A stretch of DNA of 32,000 nucleotides from Pyrobaculum aerophilum str. IM2 (GCF_000007225.1 NC_003364.1:1980001-2012000), one strand, 5' to 3'; numbered from the stretch's first letter, positions 15,305 to 24,275 are shown. Notes: generated by a model not told the origin, from the sequence alone. Translations and numbers: made by a program.

Positions 15305-16053
15305 TGTACACCGTATTTTTCATAGGCACCGCCGGGTCTGGCAAATCCTCCCTCGTCGCCTCTCTCTCCACTTGGATGGAAGATCAAGGATATGATATAG
15401 GTATTGTAAACCTAGACCCTGCGGCCGAGTACCTCCCCTATGTCCCCGATATAGATATCAGAGATAGGATAAGCGCGAGAAAAATTATGAAACAATACAA
15501 GCTGGGGCCCAACGCCTCTATTATAGCCGCCGTAGACATGGTCGTAACGGAGGCGGAAAGGATAAAAGAAGAAATGGAAGTAGTGGGCGCGCCTATATAC
15601 CTAATAGATACGCCCGGCCAAATGGAACTATTCGCATTTAGGCAGAGCGGCGCCTATTTAGTACAAAAGCTATCAGACGTACACTCCCTAGTCGTTTACG
15701 TCGCAGACGCCGTATATATACAAACAATTGACGGATTTGCCACAACCATGTTACTAGCCCTTTCCAGTAGAATACGGTTTAAAAAACCGCAAATACTTGT
15801 GGTCAATAAGGCGGATCTATTAACGGAAGACGCCATTTCCAACATAATAAACTGGGCTGAGGATCCAGAGACTTTACTAGAATCAATAGACCTGCCAAAT
15901 TATGAAAAGGAGATATTGAGATCTGTGGCAAACATGGGCGGCTTCATTACGCCTTTATTTGTCTCTGCAAAAACGGGAGAGGGACTCGACAAATTGTACT
16001 ACCAGTTGCAAGTGCATTACACAGGGGGAGAAGACGCTCAGCTACCCCCCTGA
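15304..16053 (+). CDS. GPN-loop GTPase (PAB0955/Npa3 family)
   Basis: P-loop GTAGSGKSS, GPN motif KLGPNAS, DTPGQMELF, NKADL. 1-nt overlap (TAATG) with srp19. Confidence 0.85.
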   Translation: MYTVFFIGTAGSGKSSLVASLSTWMEDQGYDIGIVNLDPAAEYLPYVPDIDIRDRISARKIMKQYKLGPNASIIAAVDMVVTEAERIKEEMEVVGAPIYLIDTPGQMELFAFRQSGAYLVQKLSDVHSLVVYVADAVYIQTIDGFATTMLLALSSRIRFKKPQILVVNKADLLTEDAISNIINWAEDPETLLESIDLPNYEKEILRSVANMGGFITPLFVSAKTGEGLDKLYYQLQVHYTGGEDAQLPP

Positions 16054-16340
16054 TACGGCTTTAAATGCTCCGGCGTAGTAATTATAATCTTCTTCTTATC
16101 CCCGAGAAAAGTCTCTATGACGTAGGCTCTTCCTCGAATTCCCACTACAGTTCCCACCTTCCCCTGGTAGCGCCTGTGAGGGGCGGTTGAGATGAACGTA
16201 GAGTCGATATCTATTATGACCTTATCGCCAACTTTATACTCATACAACAATCTCGAAAGCCCGCTCAGCCCTTTCTCTCTCGGCTTCTTTCTAAGTAATT
16301 TTCTAGTTTTATAACGATAGCCATGAGTCCTTTTCACCAT
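16038..16340 (-). CDS. rpl21e: 50S ribosomal protein eL21 (L21e)
   Basis: MVKRTHGYRYKTRKLLRKKPREKG...PHRRYQGKVGTVVG. Confidence 0.95.
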   Translation of the reverse strand: MVKRTHGYRYKTRKLLRKKPREKGLSGLSRLLYEYKVGDKVIIDIDSTFISTAPHRRYQGKVGTVVGIRGRAYVIETFLGDKKKIIITTPEHLKPYQGGS

Positions 16341-16427
16341 GCCTTCGCAATAACTCCCCGTTATTAAATTTTTTTAACACAGAGTCAGGGGCGTATAAGA
16401 TATAAACACCGCATACATTGTGAAGAA

Positions 16428-16763
16428 GTGAGCGTTAAGAAAATTCGCAAATCTGAGGAAATACCAAACGCTGCGGCATTAGCCATACTGCGCGAACTGG
16501 CGACAACAACACAACTATCAGAAGACCAGAGAAAGACTCTTGACTATCTTGAAAAAGTTACGAAGAGAACCCGGGAGGAGTCGGAAAGGATTATGAGACA
16601 ATTAGTGGAGAAGTTCGGCTTTACGAGAATTACCGCTATTCAATTAGTTAATCTCTCTATTGACAGCACAGAGGAGTTGAAAACTATATTGTCGCATTTA
16701 GAGAGGAGGGAATTCTCAGAGGGGGAGCTGAAGGAAATATTGAAAATTTTGACTGGACAATGA
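16428..16763 (+). CDS. rpoF: DNA-directed RNA polymerase subunit Rpo4 (F)
   Basis: ~110 aa, helical, with a layout resembling Sulfolobus RpoF as I recall it. Sits in the conserved rpl21e / rpoF / DUF655 neighbourhood. GTG start ~25 nt from the box TATAAGATATAAAC. Confidence 0.7.
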   Translation: MSVKKIRKSEEIPNAAALAILRELATTTQLSEDQRKTLDYLEKVTKRTREESERIMRQLVEKFGFTRITAIQLVNLSIDSTEELKTILSHLERREFSEGELKEILKILTGQ

Positions 16764-17344
16764 AAGGCAGGAAAGAAGATTACGCGTATGTAATTGATGT
16801 CATACCCCCAGAAGTAGCAGTGTACAAATTACCGCCTAAAATCAGAAGAGAGTTCCCCCACGACGTGACTTATGCCCACCTCGTCGGCGAAGATCACTTC
16901 ACATTACTAGAAGTGACTCTCAAAAAAGGCGTAGAGGTAGAGATAGGCGAAAGGGTATATGTAGGCCAAGGGCCCAGGGATAAAGTCGATAAAATTGTCA
17001 GGAGGATAAGATACGAGGATTTACAGCCGCAAGGAAGAGAGAATTTAAGGGCTGTTGTGAGGAAAATAGTAGAACAACAAGAGGGGCGTTTTGTAAAGTG
17101 GCTCAACGACGCCGGGCCCATAACGTTAAAATTGCACAGCCTAGAACTATTAAGAGGCGTTGGCAAGAAAAAAGTTCAAGAGATCCTTGATGAAAGAAAA
17201 AAGAGACCTTTTACTTCATATGAGGATGTCAAACAAAGAGTTGGAATCGATATAGCAGAACTCATCAGTGACAGAATTTTAAGAGAAATAATAGGAGAAG
17301 ACCCTTATTACCTCTTCACCACTCCTCCACCTGCTACCCAGTAG
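16760..17344 (+). CDS. DUF655 / COG1491-type nucleic-acid-binding protein (OB fold plus helix-hairpin-helix)
   Basis: N-terminus EDYAYVIDVIP; C-terminal LELLRGVGKKKVQEILDER HhH-like segment; conserved position downstream of rpoF; ATGA overlap. Confidence 0.7.
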   Translation: MKGRKEDYAYVIDVIPPEVAVYKLPPKIRREFPHDVTYAHLVGEDHFTLLEVTLKKGVEVEIGERVYVGQGPRDKVDKIVRRIRYEDLQPQGRENLRAVVRKIVEQQEGRFVKWLNDAGPITLKLHSLELLRGVGKKKVQEILDERKKRPFTSYEDVKQRVGIDIAELISDRILREIIGEDPYYLFTTPPPATQ

Positions 17345-17345
17345 A

Positions 17346-17744
17346 CTATTTAACTCTAATAATTTTATAGCGGTCAAGGATTTGCCACACCTCAACTTCC
17401 GCGCCAGGCGCGAGCCGTCCCTTTGCCTCTTCTTCGACGTATTTCATCGGCACTTCTATAGTTTTATAGTCGCGCATGTCCATTAGCTGAATTACATCTC
17501 CTGAAACGGAGAGTATTTGCGCCGTGAATTTCTCAATAATTGGCACTTCGACTTGGGCGTCTACGGGCAGGCTCAACGTCCTTTTCCCCCCGTCAAAAAC
17601 TCCGACGGCTACAATACGGGCTTTGGCGCTTCCATGCTTACCAGTTTTAGACTTTTCGATTTCCACAACTCTGCAAGGCTCTCCGTCAATGACTACGTAG
17701 GAGCCCTCTTTCAACTCTCCCGCTTCAACGTATTTCGTCGACAT
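17346..17744 (-). CDS. eif5a: Translation initiation factor 5A (aIF5A)
   Basis: Hypusine-site motif [14 protein letters not shown]. Start re-called to ATG 17744 ([12 protein letters not shown]), ~25 nt from the box TTTATATAT (17765-17773). The ORF-track TTG at 17762 abuts the box. Confidence 0.95.
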   Translation of the reverse strand: MSTKYVEAGELKEGSYVVIDGEPCRVVEIEKSKTGKHGSAKARIVAVGVFDGGKRTLSLPVDAQVEVPIIEKFTAQILSVSGDVIQLMDMRDYKTIEVPMKYVEEEAKGRLAPGAEVEVWQILDRYKIIRVK

Positions 17745-17774
17745 GACCCACTTTAATACCAAGATATATAAATT

Positions 17775-18614
17775 TTAGACACACGCATATTTTAACGTCT
17801 CGCTACACTTAGGCAACTCGGCGGGTAGCTTGGGCACGGCCTCTGCGATGACCTTTTTAATAATTCCTAATTTCTCCGTCATCATTTTCTCAACAGCCTC
17901 GGCGGTGACAGGCTGGTGCGGGACCCAGATATCGTAATCTGTTACGAGGGCGATTAAGCCGTAACACATCCCGAGCTCTCTGGCTAAATTTATTTCGGGC
18001 ACTAAAGTCATGCCTATTATATCGCAGCCGAACACCTCGCGCCAGATTCTAGATTCGGCCTTTGTGCTAAACCTCGGCCCTTCTATACAGACATAGCATC
18101 CGCCGTCGTGAGTTCTGTTATACTTTTTCGCAGTTTCAATTAATATCTGCCTAATCTCCTGGGTAAACGGCTCCAGTCCAATTTGTATGTGACAAGTCCT
18201 AGGCCCGTCGTAAAATGTATACTCCCTCCCTTTCGTCATATCTACAAATTGATCGGGCACGACGAAGTCTCCCGGGGCGTAGTCCGGCCTTAGGGAGCCC
18301 ACGGCGCTTACCGCCACAATAGACCTAACGCCTAGCATATAAAGCGAGTAAATGTTGGCACGGTAGGGGATTTTATGCGGCGGGTATTTATGCCCCCGTC
18401 CGTGTCTTGGGAGGAAGGCCACTACGCGCCCCGCGACGCGGCCAACTATTACGTTATCAGAAGGCAAGCCGTATGGCGTGTGGATCTGTACCTCCACCGC
18501 GTTTTCAAAAATGCCCGGATCATACAAACCGCTACCGCCAATTATGCCAATAGACGGGAATTCGTCAAATCCCAACTCCTTGGGACTCTTCGGGGGGTTC
18601 GTCAGCTTTACCAT
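17775..18614 (-). CDS. mtnP: 5'-methylthioadenosine (purine nucleoside) phosphorylase, MTAP type
   Basis: [10 protein letters not shown]...FLPRHGRGH...AVGSL...EGPRFST..E...GMT motifs. Start re-called to ATG 18614 (MVKLTNPPK). The 100-aa N-terminal extension in the ORF track is low-complexity and overlaps the divergent gene. Confidence 0.9.
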   Translation of the reverse strand: MVKLTNPPKSPKELGFDEFPSIGIIGGSGLYDPGIFENAVEVQIHTPYGLPSDNVIVGRVAGRVVAFLPRHGRGHKYPPHKIPYRANIYSLYMLGVRSIVAVSAVGSLRPDYAPGDFVVPDQFVDMTKGREYTFYDGPRTCHIQIGLEPFTQEIRQILIETAKKYNRTHDGGCYVCIEGPRFSTKAESRIWREVFGCDIIGMTLVPEINLARELGMCYGLIALVTDYDIWVPHQPVTAEAVEKMMTEKLGIIKKVIAEAVPKLPAELPKCSETLKYACV

Positions 18615-18632
18615 AAAGGTAATAAGGTTAGG

Positions 18633-18640
18633 AATTTTAA
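18633..18640 (-). promoter_or_regulatory. A/T box AATTTTAA for MTAP
   Basis: Centre lies 22-23 nt upstream of ATG 18614 on the minus strand. Confidence 0.45.
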
Positions 18641-18645
18641 CAATT

Positions 18646-19134
18646 GTGGATTTCGCCCCCTCCCCTGCTGAACTGGTGAAAAAATACGGGGCCAGGAGAA
18701 CCCACGATGATAAATACGAAGTCCAAGCCGTAAATCTGCCTTGGGTGGTTAAAAAAGAGCTGGACATTGCGATAACTCCTGGCAGGAAATACACAGTCGA
18801 GGGGGTGAGGGTAGAGGGGCTAGTCCCTCCGTGGGAGGCGTACGTGGCGTTTATAGACACAGCGGGGGAATTCGGCGCTGGGTATATCATAACAAGGCGC
18901 CGTAGATTATTCAACTGCGTGTATAAGAGCTACTCAAAACCCATTAATCTCCAGACGGCTCCTTACATAGTTATTAGGCCTGTGGAGTTGCAACTCACCG
19001 ACCGGGAAAACACCGTGGAGTGCGTAGATCGCGCCTTTAGGGCAAAATATATCGCCGTTTTCATAAACGCGCCTGCCTCTGAGATTCAGAACATACAGGT
19101 CGTATTAAACCCGGTGGTTAAGGAAAATCTTTAA
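18646..19134 (+). CDS. Hypothetical protein (~153-163 aa), beta-rich, no family recognised
   Basis: The protein-like part of ORF 18478..19134 begins after the MTAP start and contains no internal ATG. Candidate starts are GTG 18646 or GTG 18676, so the start is uncertain. Confidence 0.45.
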
Positions 19135-19159
19135 ATATTCATGTGAAGTAGGCATTGGA

Positions 19160-19522
19160 ATGGAGATAAAACTCCCAGGGCAAGACGCGGAGGACATCAT
19201 TGACCAGTTGTTAGGCGCTTCTGAGGAAGAAACACTAATGCAGACAATAACTAAAGAGAAGGCGTTAGTGAGAATTAGGCTGGAGAATAGAAGGGGACAT
19301 TACGTCACTATTGTAGACTTTGGGAATTCTGAAGACGCAAAACAACTCGGCATTAAGGATATGGCAAGGGAATTGAAAAAGAGGCTGGCAGCAGGGGGCA
19401 CAATTAGAGACAGCTGGATTGAGATACAGGGCGATCACAGACAGAAAATAAAAAAGCTCTTAATAGAGATGGGCTTCAAGGAGGAGAACATCTTAATTGA
19501 TGAAGGAGTTGCCGAGACATAA
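19160..19522 (+). CDS. sui1: Translation initiation factor aSUI1 (eIF1)
   Basis: SUI1 core: [12 protein letters not shown]...[33 protein letters not shown]. The N-terminus lacks the Cys knuckle seen in some archaeal SUI1 proteins. Confidence 0.85.
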
Positions 19523-19841
19523 AATCAAACAGGCACTAGAAAGAGAAGACTACAAATTACTGTCGCAACTCTGCCTAGAATTACTACAGGCCGACAATTG
19601 GTTAGAGGGTTGGAGAAAAATGGAAGACCTCGTGAGGGCAAGCGGTGAATATGTACTCGCAAAATTCATGGCCTCTGCATATGCGCTATCTCGCGATGAC
19701 ATATACAACGTCTTGTCAGCGGCCACTCGGGAGTTCTTGGCGCGCGACGTGGTGGTATGTCTCGAAAAAACTGCCCAGGTTATTGTTGCTTTATCTCAAC
19801 AAGAGGATTTTGCAAATAGACGCGGACCACTAACGGTTTAA
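19500..19841 (+). CDS. Hypothetical helical protein (113 aa)
   Basis: ATG 19500 (the ORF track starts one codon earlier at TTG). Overlaps the sui1 3' end by 23 nt and the convergent nuclease-like gene by 62 nt. No motif recognised. Confidence 0.4.
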
Positions 19842-20334
19842 GCCACTTCTTTAAAATAACAGCTTTTTCCACTTGGCTATCCCTCAACTTCCCGCTGTTT
19901 GTCTTGACCTCCACTGCGTAGAAGACGCCGTCTTTATAGGCAAAGAGATCTATTGTCTTTAACGCCTCTCTATATGCCAAAAGCTCAGTTGCAAAGCTTT
20001 TTAAAGGGTCAAGCAGAGAGCCGAACGTCTCTTCAATACATTTTTTCACACACGGCGCGTATATACTTGACTCCAGAGGAGTGGCGGCTCGGCCGCCTCC
20101 AGGCAGACAGCCGCCCCTCCAGTAGGTAATTGCTATGTGTCCAACTGGCGTTGGTATGGCAATTACGAGCGGCTCTTTAGGCTCTCCATCGCATTTGCCG
20201 CTCACTACGCTATAAACAACCGCAACCTCTAGCAACTTGATGAAATCGTCAGGCCTCCATACCAAATACCCCCTCATTTTTAAAAACTCCTGAGCGATAT
20301 ACTCGCCTATTTTCCCCAGTAACTGGCTGTTCAC
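19780..20334 (-). CDS. PD-(D/E)xK nuclease-fold protein (Hjc/YraN-like core) split by a ~100-aa Cys-containing insertion
   Basis: N-terminal helix GKIGEYIAQEFLKMRGYLV (E11) and C-terminal IDLFAYKDGVFYAVEVKT (D129, E142, K144) form the restriction-endonuclease-like signature. Residues ~29-127 are inserted and carry C48, C76, C95 and C99. 4-nt overlap with the argS 3' end. Confidence 0.55.
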   Translation of the reverse strand: MNSQLLGKIGEYIAQEFLKMRGYLVWRPDDFIKLLEVAVVYSVVSGKCDGEPKEPLVIAIPTPVGHIAITYWRGGCLPGGGRAATPLESSIYAPCVKKCIEETFGSLLDPLKSFATELLAYREALKTIDLFAYKDGVFYAVEVKTNSGKLRDSQVEKAVILKKWLKPLVVRVYLQNPLVEIKQQ

Positions 20335-22223
20335 ATTTTTGTTAAGGTCGGAATGCCTAAAATATAGAAACCGGCCTCCAACACTGTCTTTACCGCATTT
20401 ACAATCGCAATTCTAAACCCCCTCACAGACTCTTCGGCCTTTAAAACAGGGGCCTTCTCGTAATAGCTGTTAAAAACTAACGCCAAGCCGTCTAAATACT
20501 CAGCCACGTAATCGGGTCTGAGGGACTTAGCCGCCTCTTTAACCACGCTGGGCCACTCTGCTATTTTCAATACGAGCTCCCGCTCTTCCGCTAGCATGTT
20601 TTCGGGCACGGGCACATTGCCAATCTCTCCGGCTTTCTCAAGTATGGAATACGCCCTTACGTATGTATATTGGAGAAATGTGCCTGAATTCTGTCTTAGG
20701 TTTAGCACGACGTCCCATTTGAATTCAATTGGCTTGCGCGGGCTTGTGGTAAGAAAGGCATATCTAACAGACCCAACGCCGACTCTTTCCGCAATTACTC
20801 CGCTCACCTCTGGGTTTTTCTCCTTAACGAGGCTGGCGGATCTCTCAGCGGCTTCGTCAAGTATTTCGTCAAGTGATATGTACTGGCCTCTGCGCGCAGA
20901 CATTTTCATGCCGGGAAGGTTTACCATCTCGTAGGCATAATGCACAATTTTCTTGGCCTCATCTACATAGCCCAGAGCGTAGAGAATAATGCGCACATGT
21001 GCTTGTTCGTGGGTTTGCTCTGTTGATATCACGCGAATAACCTTGTCAAATCCCTGGCGGGCTTGCCACAGCGCATATGCCACGTCTCTAGTTACATATA
21101 GCGTTGTGCCGTCCGATCTAGTTAATGTCACTGGCGGGATAAATCTGGGCAGATCTAATACGTCCCAGAGGTTATAATCTTGGACAAATTTATCAGCGCG
21201 AAAAACAACTGCGCCGCCCTTAATCTCAATGTACTGAGGCCACCTCTTCTGGAGCTCAGAAACTATCCGCATCGCCTCGCTTGACCACACAGTGAGCTCG
21301 CTCTCGTAATCCCACTTGTCGATCTCCACGCCCAGTCTTGCCAGAGTCTCTCTCTGTCCTTTTAAGACGAGATCTACGACCTCCCGCACTACTCCCTTGG
21401 CCTCTGGATCGCCGGATTCATAACGCCTATTTAATTCCACTGCCTCGTTGAGGAGATCCCTCCGTCCCAGCTCCTCTGCGATCTTAGAGATAATATCCCC
21501 CTCGCTGTCCATCAGCCTTTTTAAAACGGCGACCCACTCATCAATCTCTCTCAAAATCTCTCTTTTCCTCTCATCGTCTTGTGCCTTCTCTAGTTCTTTC
21601 TTAAGTCTGCCTATCTCAGCCACTGCGTTAGTGGCGGAGTAAACATGGCCGATGACAACATCGGGCTTCGACTTCTCTATCCGCTTTTTCACCTCGTCTT
21701 TTACGGCGTTGTATCCCATGGCCGCGTACATGACTTGAACCCCACAATCGTCTACGTAGAAGTGGGTCTCCACTTTATTTCCACAGAATTTTAACAACCG
21801 CGCTAGCGAGTCGCCAAGTATGGCGTTCCTGCCGTGGCCGATATGTAAGGGGTGTACTGGATTTGCCGAGGTGTGCTCCACCAGATACGAGCCAGTGACG
21901 CACTCCTCAGTAAATCCGTATTTTCTCCCCATCTTAACAACGGCTTCAAAGACCAGCTCTGCCACTTTGCTGACGTTGAGATCGGCGTTGAGATAAAGCC
22001 CGTCCACTGACAAACTTGATAAAAATTCAAAACGCTTGTTTTTAATTAAATTAACTACCTCGGCGAGGCGGCTGTGATCGACTTTATATTTATGAAATCT
22101 GGCCGAGAAAAACCCATAACGCCGCGTTCTCTCCACCTCGGGCACTTCGGGGAGTCCCAATTCGCGCGATACTTCGCCCAGTACCTTAACAAACTCCTCT
22201 CTAGGCTGTCTAAGGGGATCCAC
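20331..22223 (-). CDS. argS: Arginine--tRNA ligase
   Basis: Class I HIGH motif NPVHPLHIGHGRN, ArgRS N-terminal and DALR-type anticodon-binding C-terminus. 630 aa, GTG start ~25 nt from the box AGTATTTATAGC. Confidence 0.97.
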   Translation of the reverse strand: MDPLRQPREEFVKVLGEVSRELGLPEVPEVERTRRYGFFSARFHKYKVDHSRLAEVVNLIKNKRFEFLSSLSVDGLYLNADLNVSKVAELVFEAVVKMGRKYGFTEECVTGSYLVEHTSANPVHPLHIGHGRNAILGDSLARLLKFCGNKVETHFYVDDCGVQVMYAAMGYNAVKDEVKKRIEKSKPDVVIGHVYSATNAVAEIGRLKKELEKAQDDERKREILREIDEWVAVLKRLMDSEGDIISKIAEELGRRDLLNEAVELNRRYESGDPEAKGVVREVVDLVLKGQRETLARLGVEIDKWDYESELTVWSSEAMRIVSELQKRWPQYIEIKGGAVVFRADKFVQDYNLWDVLDLPRFIPPVTLTRSDGTTLYVTRDVAYALWQARQGFDKVIRVISTEQTHEQAHVRIILYALGYVDEAKKIVHYAYEMVNLPGMKMSARRGQYISLDEILDEAAERSASLVKEKNPEVSGVIAERVGVGSVRYAFLTTSPRKPIEFKWDVVLNLRQNSGTFLQYTYVRAYSILEKAGEIGNVPVPENMLAEERELVLKIAEWPSVVKEAAKSLRPDYVAEYLDGLALVFNSYYEKAPVLKAEESVRGFRIAIVNAVKTVLEAGFYILGIPTLTKM

Positions 22224-22289
22224 ATGCTAGTAATCACTAAGCTATAAATACTTAGAAAACTTTAAATAAGGCATCTACACCTCAGAGCC

Positions 22290-22523
22290 ATGGCCGAAGA
22301 GGTAAAATTCTCGCCTTACGAAGACGCCGTGGCTGGATTAGTGGTACAAATCCTGGGGAGAACGGGAATTGCGGGCGAAGTAACTCAGGTTAAGATAAAA
22401 ATATTAGAGGGGCGAGACAAGGGGCGCGTGTTGACGAGAAACGTCAAAGGCCCTGTTAGGCTGGGCGATATCGTTATGTTAAGAGAGACCGAAAGAGAAG
22501 CACGCAGAATAACAGCGAGATGA
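22290..22523 (+). CDS. rps28e: 30S ribosomal protein eS28 (S28e)
   Basis: [52 protein letters not shown]. Confidence 0.95.
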
Positions 22524-22696
22524 AGATCCACAAGTGTGCCTTCTGCGGGGCCGACATATTGCCTGGCTACGGCATAATGTACGTGAAAAGCGACGGGACA
22601 GTATTGAGGTTTTGTAGCAGAAAGTGTTTTGTAAGCGCGGTAAAATACGGCAGAAACCCGAGAAAACTGGCGTGGGTGAGAAAAAGACAAAAGTAA
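22520..22696 (+). CDS. rpl24e: 50S ribosomal protein eL24 (L24e), 58 aa; absent from the ORF track (below cutoff)
   Basis: Hand translation: [59 protein letters not shown]-x2-C...C-x3-C zinc-ribbon pattern. ATGA overlap with rps28e. Confidence 0.9.
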
Positions 22697-23152
22697 TTAC
22701 CTCTTTGCTGGCACAGGTATTGCGTTTAGCCCGTGTTTAGCTCTAACCTCATTAATCTTCGAGACGAGGGCCTCTAGTTCTCCTGCGGCTTGACCTGGCT
22801 CTATAACCACGGCGGCAGCTGCGGACACGTTTATACCGGCGGCTTTTCCCAGTTTCTCCTTAGACGGAACGTAGACATAGGGCACTTTCTTTTCTTCACA
22901 CAGCAATGGGAGGTGGGCCACCACCTCTGGAGGATCTACATCTTCAGCGATTAGCACTAATTTCGCCAGCCCCCTCTCGACGGCTTTTGTGGTCTCATTA
23001 GTGCCCTTCTTTATCTTGCCAGTTTGTCTAGCGATGGACAAGATCTCCAGCGCCTTTTCCGCCACATCATTGGGCACTTCAAATCTCACATAGAAGGGCT
23101 TTCCTGGCGGTGGATTTGCGTAGAACGTCTTTGGGTCTATCGTCACTGCCAT
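22697..23152 (-). CDS. rpl7ae: 50S ribosomal protein eL8/L7Ae (K-turn binding; C/D and H/ACA RNP component)
   Basis: [48 protein letters not shown]. Start re-called to ATG 23152, 24-25 nt from the box TTTATAAA. The stop abuts the rpl24e stop (TAATTA). Confidence 0.95.
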
Positions 23153-23172
23153 GGTTGCCACAAAGAACTGGC

Positions 23173-23180
23173 TTTATAAA
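23173..23180 (-). promoter_or_regulatory. TATA box TTTATAAA for rpl7ae, located in the 22-nt gap after the livM stop
   Basis: Centre lies 24.5 nt upstream of ATG 23152. Confidence 0.5.
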
Positions 23181-23183
23181 TCT

Positions 23184-24275
23184 TTATGCCTCTGCGCGTA
23201 ACTTAGCTAAAATGTGTCTTTTTAAAGTCTTAACAGGCCTTTCACTAATTATACCTTGTGGCCTAAACATAAGTACTAAAATAATTATTATACCAAATAT
23301 GATATACTGGAAAAATATTGGGTCAACATTAATAATTTGCCGTATCCCCTCTTTATACAGACTAAGAACGCGGTCAATAACGTAGTAAACAACGACGCCT
23401 AATAAAGCGCCTATGTTATTACCAGTACCTCCAATAATCAACATGGCCCAGCCTTTAAAGGTCTCTAAAGGCACGAACTGGCCCATTAATACGAAGTTAT
23501 TATAAAACGCAAGCAAGGCGCCAGCTACGCCTGCTAGAGCAGACGCTGTGGCCAAGACCCTTACTCTAAATTTAACGATGTCCTTGCCGAAGACCCTCGC
23601 TGCTACTTCTGCGTCGCGTATGGCTCTCAGCGCTCTCCCAAACGGCGAGTTTCCAAGCCGCTCCAGTATAACAAAAGACAACAACAAGAAAATTAACGTT
23701 ACCGCGAGGTAGCCCCACTGACGCCCCTCTCTTAACCACGCAAAGGGATCGGGGATTACTGCGCCAAAGACGCCGCAGGCGACTTGCGGCGTGTAAGTGC
23801 TAATCACCCTCACAGTCTCCGCGCTTACTAATAGTAAAATGCCTAAATAATCCTCACGCAATCTCAAAGCGGGGCCTGCCATTAATACGCCGAAAACCCC
23901 GCCTAAAATAGCGGCTAGAGTTATAGACATAAAGAAAAAGGCCAAGCCGCTAAGCGGAGAGTTAGAAAAGATATTGTTTATTATCCCTATTGCCGAGTAT
24001 TGATAAGCCGAGCAATATGTATCTAGATCTGACAGAGGAGATATATTGAGTTGCGAAGAGATGACGTGGCTGTAAATTAGCAAAGCGACTTTCGTCGCTA
24101 TTCCACCCACGGCAATAGCGCCGAGGGCGAGGAACATAACTTTGCCGAACTGGGGGAGTCCCATATAGCCAACTTCGAGATTTAGGCTTAGTACATATAT
24201 CCCATAAATTGCCACGATAATTGAAGTCTCTCTAAAAAGCACTAAAAGGGTGTTTAGATCGATCTGTAGGATCAT
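23184..24275 (-). CDS. livM: Branched-chain amino-acid ABC transporter permease (LivM type)
   Basis: Polytopic membrane protein with LivM-like motifs (GQFGKV-like PQFGKV, RALRAIRDAEVAA). 4-nt overlap with livH. Confidence 0.85.
   Translation of the reverse strand: MILQIDLNTLLVLFRETSIIVAIYGIYVLSLNLEVGYMGLPQFGKVMFLALGAIAVGGIATKVALLIYSHVISSQLNISPLSDLDTYCSAYQYSAIGIINNIFSNSPLSGLAFFFMSITLAAILGGVFGVLMAGPALRLREDYLGILLLVSAETVRVISTYTPQVACGVFGAVIPDPFAWLREGRQWGYLAVTLIFLLLSFVILERLGNSPFGRALRAIRDAEVAARVFGKDIVKFRVRVLATASALAGVAGALLAFYNNFVLMGQFVPLETFKGWAMLIIGGTGNNIGALLGVVVYYVIDRVLSLYKEGIRQIINVDPIFFQYIIFGIIIILVLMFRPQGIISERPVKTLKRHILAKLRAEA

Noticed and set aside
1774-21642. Other antisense or alternative-frame ORFs inside well-supported genes (e.g. 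1774..2046, 2524..2847, 3969..4190, 4516..4806, 4858..5259, 5358..5798, 6392..6914, 8198..8395, 9028..9228, 10078..10386, 10781..11002, 12073..12351, 12528..12929, 13470..14193, 14301..14601, 14642..14945, 16894..17166, 17517..17756, 18375..18671, 19645..19833, 20596..21642)
   Set aside because: Each lies within a gene with clear family motifs on the other strand or frame. Their translations are Ser/Leu/Arg-rich and low in complexity, typical of shadow ORFs at ~50% GC.
22385-22690. 101-aa minus-strand ORF
   Set aside because: It is antisense to rps28e and the hand-found rpl24e, both unmistakable ribosomal proteins. It is a shadow ORF.
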